Source: Akkermansia sp. (GTDB lineage: Bacteria > Verrucomicrobiota > Verrucomicrobiia > Verrucomicrobiales > Akkermansiaceae). From it: a DNA stretch of 64,000 nucleotides. Positions 60,952-64,000 of this stretch are shown piece after piece. A program made the translations under genes and the position numbers. Every line of letters begins with the position of its first letter. Position 1 is the stretch's first letter. Where the stretch lies: NCBI GenBank assembly GCA_045641125.1, contig JAZUGI010000024.1, forward strand, positions 1,487-65,486. The letters run 5' to 3'. The notes below the pieces were generated by a model that saw nothing but the letters and a program-made list of their open reading frames with translations, did no database searches and was not told the DNA's origin.

Positions 60952-60970
60952 CACTAATGCGGTGGGCTTC
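60952..60970. repeat. attR (imperfect direct repeat, core GCGGTGGG)
   Basis: CACTAATGCGGTGGGCTTC. Composition returns to GC-rich immediately to the right. Confidence 0.7.
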
Positions 60971-61627
60971 GACGAGTACGACTCCAAGAAGCTCGCCAAC
61001 ATTGATGTGCCGGTGAGCAAGACCATTGAGGGCCTGCGCGCCGCCGCCGGGCGCACCATGGACTCCGTGATGATTTCCGAGTTCCTGGGAACCGCACACA
61101 CCGGGGAGACAGGTGCCACCACCGTCACCTTCCCGGATGAGCAGACCATTGAGGAGGACTACGTGGAGAGCGGCACCCCGGCGGACAGCAACCTGACGCT
61201 CGGCAAGCTGCGCAAGGCGCTCAACATGCTCATGAAGGCGGAAGCCTGGAACGAGGAGCGCCGCGCCTACGGCGATGAGCTGGTGCTCGCCTGCACCAGC
61301 AGCCAGATCAACGCCCTGCTGCAGCAGCCGGAAGTCTCCAGCTACGAGTACAACACCGTGCGTGCCCTGGCAGAGGGCAAGCTGGATTCCTTTATGGGAT
61401 TCCGCATCATCCGCACGGAGCAACTCCCGATTGACGACGATGACATCCGCTCCTGCCTTGCCTGGGTCAAGAGCCGCGCAGCCTTCGGCATTTGGGATGA
61501 TTTCAAGGTGCGTATCTCCGTGAGAGACGACCTGGACGAAACCCTGCAGGTGCGCGCCAAGTTCGCATGCGGCGCCACGCGTCTGCAGGAGGCCGGCTTT
61601 GTGAAGATTCTCTGCGCAGAGTCCTGA
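60959..61627 (+). pseudogene. 3' fragment (about 220 codons) of the host ORF split by the prophage
   Basis: From the core (A V G F D E Y D S K K L...) the frame is the same as in the 5' fragment. It is GC-rich and ends ...GFVKILCAES. Confidence 0.7.
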
Positions 61628-61726
61628 GCCCCCGCATCACAGGCATGAACAGGCCGCCCCGCAGATTTCCTGCGGGGCGGTTCTGTTTCATTGTACAATG
61701 GCAATTCAACACTCCGCGCCCAAGGC

Positions 61727-62284
61727 TCACCTGACCACGCTGCCCGGTTGGGTGGCGGAGCAGGGGGGGAGTACACGCCCCGGCAGGATGGTGCAGTTGC
61801 AGCCGATGCGCGAGTGGGCGCCGATGACGCAGCCGAGCTTGTTTCGCCCGCTGTCCGTGAGCACGCCGCCGTGCGGCATGCGTATGTTTCCTGCATCATG
61901 CCGGAAATTGGAGCAGATGCACCCGCCGCCCAGGTTCACGTCCTCCTCCAGAATGGAGTCTCCCACGTAGGAAAGGTGCGCCACGCAGGTTCCCCTGCGG
62001 ATGATGCTGCTTTTCACCTCCACCGCATGGCCGATGCGGCAGTTGTCCTCTATCACCGTGCAGCCGCGGATATAGGCGTGCGGGCCCACCGTGCAGTTGC
62101 GGCCAATGCGCACATGGCCCTCGATGACCGTTCCGGGGAGGATGCATGAGCCTTCCCCGAGCTGCAGCACACCTGCCACGGTGGCCTGCGGGTGCACCGT
62201 GCCGCGTATATCCGCCGGCATGGCGGCAAGCTCCGCCGCCGCGGTATCCAGCAGCTCCCAGGGTGGCGCTTCCTCCGGCATCAC
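61727..62284 (-). CDS. hexapeptide-repeat (left-handed beta-helix) transferase-like protein
   Basis: 185 aa with repeated [LIV]-G-x-x-x-x hexapeptides (IGRNCTVGPHAYIRGCTVIEDNCRIGHAVEV...). Confidence 0.6.
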   Translation of the reverse strand: MMPEEAPPWELLDTAAAELAAMPADIRGTVHPQATVAGVLQLGEGSCILPGTVIEGHVRIGRNCTVGPHAYIRGCTVIEDNCRIGHAVEVKSSIIRRGTCVAHLSYVGDSILEEDVNLGGGCICSNFRHDAGNIRMPHGGVLTDSGRNKLGCVIGAHSRIGCNCTILPGRVLPPCSATQPGSVVR

Positions 62285-62295
62285 AACGGTGGCGT

Positions 62296-62754
62296 TCAGA
62301 GGCTGTTCTGGAAGAGTCGCTTCAAATGCGGGCGCAGCAGTTTGTAGATGTCCTCCTGGGTCTCCTTGTCGAGCTGGAGGTCGTCCAGCATCACACGCTT
62401 GTCAATCACGCGCGCACCGAGACACTGGCCGTTGCTGCCGTAGATGTAGAAAAGCTTGTCGGTGGAATCGGCGCGGTTGCCCTTTTCCGCCGAGCGGTAC
62501 ATGGAATCGGGAATCTCGCGCACCTCGGCGTTCTTGAGCATGCGGCGCAGCAGCGCGCGCTCCGTATCACTGAGGCGGTGCTGTTGGGTGCCGTCCTGCA
62601 GCCACTCCGGCGTGCAGGGCGTGACCATGAGCGTCTTGGCGGCAAGCGTGGCGCGCACGGCGGACTGGCTGAGCGCGCCGTTTCCCTGGGAGCAAGCACC
62701 GAGCGTGAAGGCGGCACCCAGAACGATAGCGGTATGGAGGATGGCGGATTTCAT
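62296..62754 (-). CDS. lipoprotein, function unknown
   Basis: Start MKSAILHTAIVLGAAFTLGAC (lipobox) at 62754. Confidence 0.5.
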   Translation of the reverse strand: MKSAILHTAIVLGAAFTLGACSQGNGALSQSAVRATLAAKTLMVTPCTPEWLQDGTQQHRLSDTERALLRRMLKNAEVREIPDSMYRSAEKGNRADSTDKLFYIYGSNGQCLGARVIDKRVMLDDLQLDKETQEDIYKLLRPHLKRLFQNSL

Positions 62755-62915
62755 GATTTGGGCTTTCTGCGTTATTGTAGCGCATTGCCCGCGCTTTTCA
62801 AGCAAAATCAAGACATGCAGGGCGCGGAGCAGGGCGCGGGGGGGCTGCGCACACATATCTGCCGCGGTTTCGCCTTTCATGTTTCCGCCATTTGTGGTAC
62901 AAGGGGGTGGATTCC

Positions 62916-64000
62916 ATGTTCGGCTCCGGGGTACAGTTTTGCTCGCATGAGATGCGGCGGTTGCTTGCAGCATCCACCTTCCAGCGGTTGGCGGACATTG
63001 TGATGGTGCTGGCCGGCATGGTGATAGCCGGCCAGTTCTTCGACGAGGACGGCGTGTCCGTGCTCAACCTCACCATTCCGGTTCTGGCGCTCGGCATGCT
63101 GGTGAGTATGCTCAACGCCACGGGGGCGTGCTACCGGTACTCGTACGAGATGGGGCGCGAGGACCATGCCGAGGCGCAGCGCCAGTTCGGCCAGGCGGTG
63201 ATTTTTGCGGTGGCATCCGGAGCGGTGCTGGCTCTGCTGGCTTATTTCGGGCGTGATGCCTATTACGGGTTCATGGGGACATCTGAGAGGCTCCACCCGC
63301 TTTTCTGCGAATACTGGCGGTACCTGGTGCTGCTTCTGGCGGTGGACCCGCTGCTCTCGCTGTTGACCTCGATGGTGTACAACGACGGCGATGCGCGTGT
63401 GTGCAGCGTGGCGGTGGGCGTGCAGCTGGCCGGCAACATCATTTTCCCCTGCTGCCTGGGCTCGGTGATGGGTATCGGCGGCATCAGCCTGGGTTTGGCG
63501 TGCAGCAGTGCGCTTGCCTGCACAGTGTGCCTGGTGCATTTCCTGCGCGGTTGCAACTCCATGCGCTTCCGCTGGCATTTCAAGTGGAGGGATTTCATCT
63601 ACAACGCCAAATACAGCCTGGACGACGCTTTCCCCCTGTTCTACTCCGGCCTGTTCGCGCTGGTGCTTACCAAGTACGTCATTGGTCTGGACGGGGCGGG
63701 GGAGGCCTACCTGCCCGTGCTCACCGTGGTAATCAGCCTGGTGGATGCGTGCGTGATCACGGATGCCATAGGCCAGGCGGTGCAGCCGCTGGTGGGCGTG
63801 TGCAGGGGTGAGGAAAACCGCATCGGCATTCGCAAGGCCATGCGCCTGGCCACCAAATGGGCGGTGATGGAGGGTGTTTTCCTGTCCGCCCTCCTGTATT
63901 TCGGGGCAGAATGGCTGCCGGATGTGTTCAACATAGACGCCCCCGTTCAGGAGGCGGAGGTGAAGTTCGCCGCGAGCCTGCTCACACCCATCCCGCTGGC
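62916..64000 (+). CDS. MATE-family efflux transporter-like membrane protein (3' end beyond window)
   Basis: An ORF from ATG 62916 that stays open to the window end. It has many TM helices, and the pattern (..LNLTIPV...; ..AVQPLVGVCRGEEN..) is MATE-like. It is absent from the track because no stop lies in the window. Confidence 0.55.
   Translation, partial: MFGSGVQFCSHEMRRLLAASTFQRLADIVMVLAGMVIAGQFFDEDGVSVLNLTIPVLALGMLVSMLNATGACYRYSYEMGREDHAEAQRQFGQAVIFAVASGAVLALLAYFGRDAYYGFMGTSERLHPLFCEYWRYLVLLLAVDPLLSLLTSMVYNDGDARVCSVAVGVQLAGNIIFPCCLGSVMGIGGISLGLACSSALACTVCLVHFLRGCNSMRFRWHFKWRDFIYNAKYSLDDAFPLFYSGLFALVLTKYVIGLDGAGEAYLPVLTVVISLVDACVITDAIGQAVQPLVGVCRGEENRIGIRKAMRLATKWAVMEGVFLSALLYFGAEWLPDVFNIDAPVQEAEVKFAASLLTPIPL

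Larger units (their letters stand above)
29738..60970. mobile_element. integrated temperate phage (~31.2 kb) with lambda-like head module and amber (TAG) sense-codon recoding
   Basis: att repeats lie at both ends and the integrase is next to attR. There is a complete terminase-portal-protease-capsid-neck-fibre-tape-measure series, lower GC than the flanks, and about 58 in-frame TAGs confined to this interval. Confidence 0.9.

Noticed and set aside
29738-60970. Alternative explanation: the TAG-interrupted phage genes are pseudogenes in a decaying prophage.
   Set aside because: Decay would produce a mixture of TAA, TGA and TAG stops along with frameshifts. Here about 58 interruptions are all TAG and all in frame. 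The genes retain intact motifs on both sides, keep TAA/TGA terminators and keep ATGA couplings.
29738-60970. TAG decoded as pyrrolysine, or TGA/TAA recoding.
   Set aside because: No pylS/pylBCD-like genes are seen in the element. TGA and TAA consistently coincide with the ends of motif-complete proteins, so only TAG behaves as sense. Gln is favoured, but not proven, by the paralogue alignment at 54791.
59156-61423. The 755-aa track ORF suggesting a much longer integrase.
   Set aside because: Its first ~221 aa cross attR into GC-rich host DNA, antisense to the split host ORF. The integrase proper starts at ATG 60760 (MKITYNAEK).

Overview
The window is a GC-rich bacterial chromosome, roughly 60% GC by eye (not computed). 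It carries ordinary housekeeping and envelope genes: tmk, guaB, typA, rpsT, gltX, queA, rRNA methyltransferases, a GH20 hexosaminidase, transporters and lipoproteins. From about 29.74 to 60.97 kb it is interrupted by a visibly AT-richer prophage of about 31.2 kb.

The prophage has a tyrosine integrase at its right end. It is flanked by 19-bp imperfect direct repeats that share an identical 8-bp core. It has split a 303-codon host ORF.

Main observation: almost every structural or late gene of the prophage is broken in the six-frame track only by TAG, never by TAA or TGA. This holds for the GpA-type large terminase, gpW-like protein, lambda-type portal, ClpP-like protease/scaffold, capsid, neck proteins, fibre, tape measure and distal tail proteins. 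It also holds for several accessory genes: two GIY-YIG/NUMOD3 endonucleases, an HNH endonuclease, a cytidylyltransferase-like gene, a sialyltransferase-like gene, a DXD glycosyltransferase and an NrdD C-terminal mini-protein.

Reading TAG as sense fuses the fragments, with no frameshift, into full-length proteins with recognisable motifs. I counted about 58 in-frame TAGs in about 27 genes, and all of those genes terminate with TAA or TGA. In contrast, the integrase and the neighbouring early/lysogeny genes are TAG-free, and several of them actually stop at TAG. Host genes in the window also use TAG as a genuine stop. This is the signature of an amber-recoded temperate phage (most likely TAG to Gln, code-15-like) living in a standard-code host.

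I could not recognise any suppressor tRNA or release-factor gene in the element by eye, so the decoding source is an open question.

Secondary observations:
- two conserved intergenic motifs in the prophage
- a possible CMP-sugar/glycosyltransferase conversion module
- a stand-alone NrdD glycyl-radical domain
- a host cluster linking alarmone metabolism with partner-switching proteins
- a host IlvA-Maf fusion

All functional calls come from motif recognition by eye. No searches were run.
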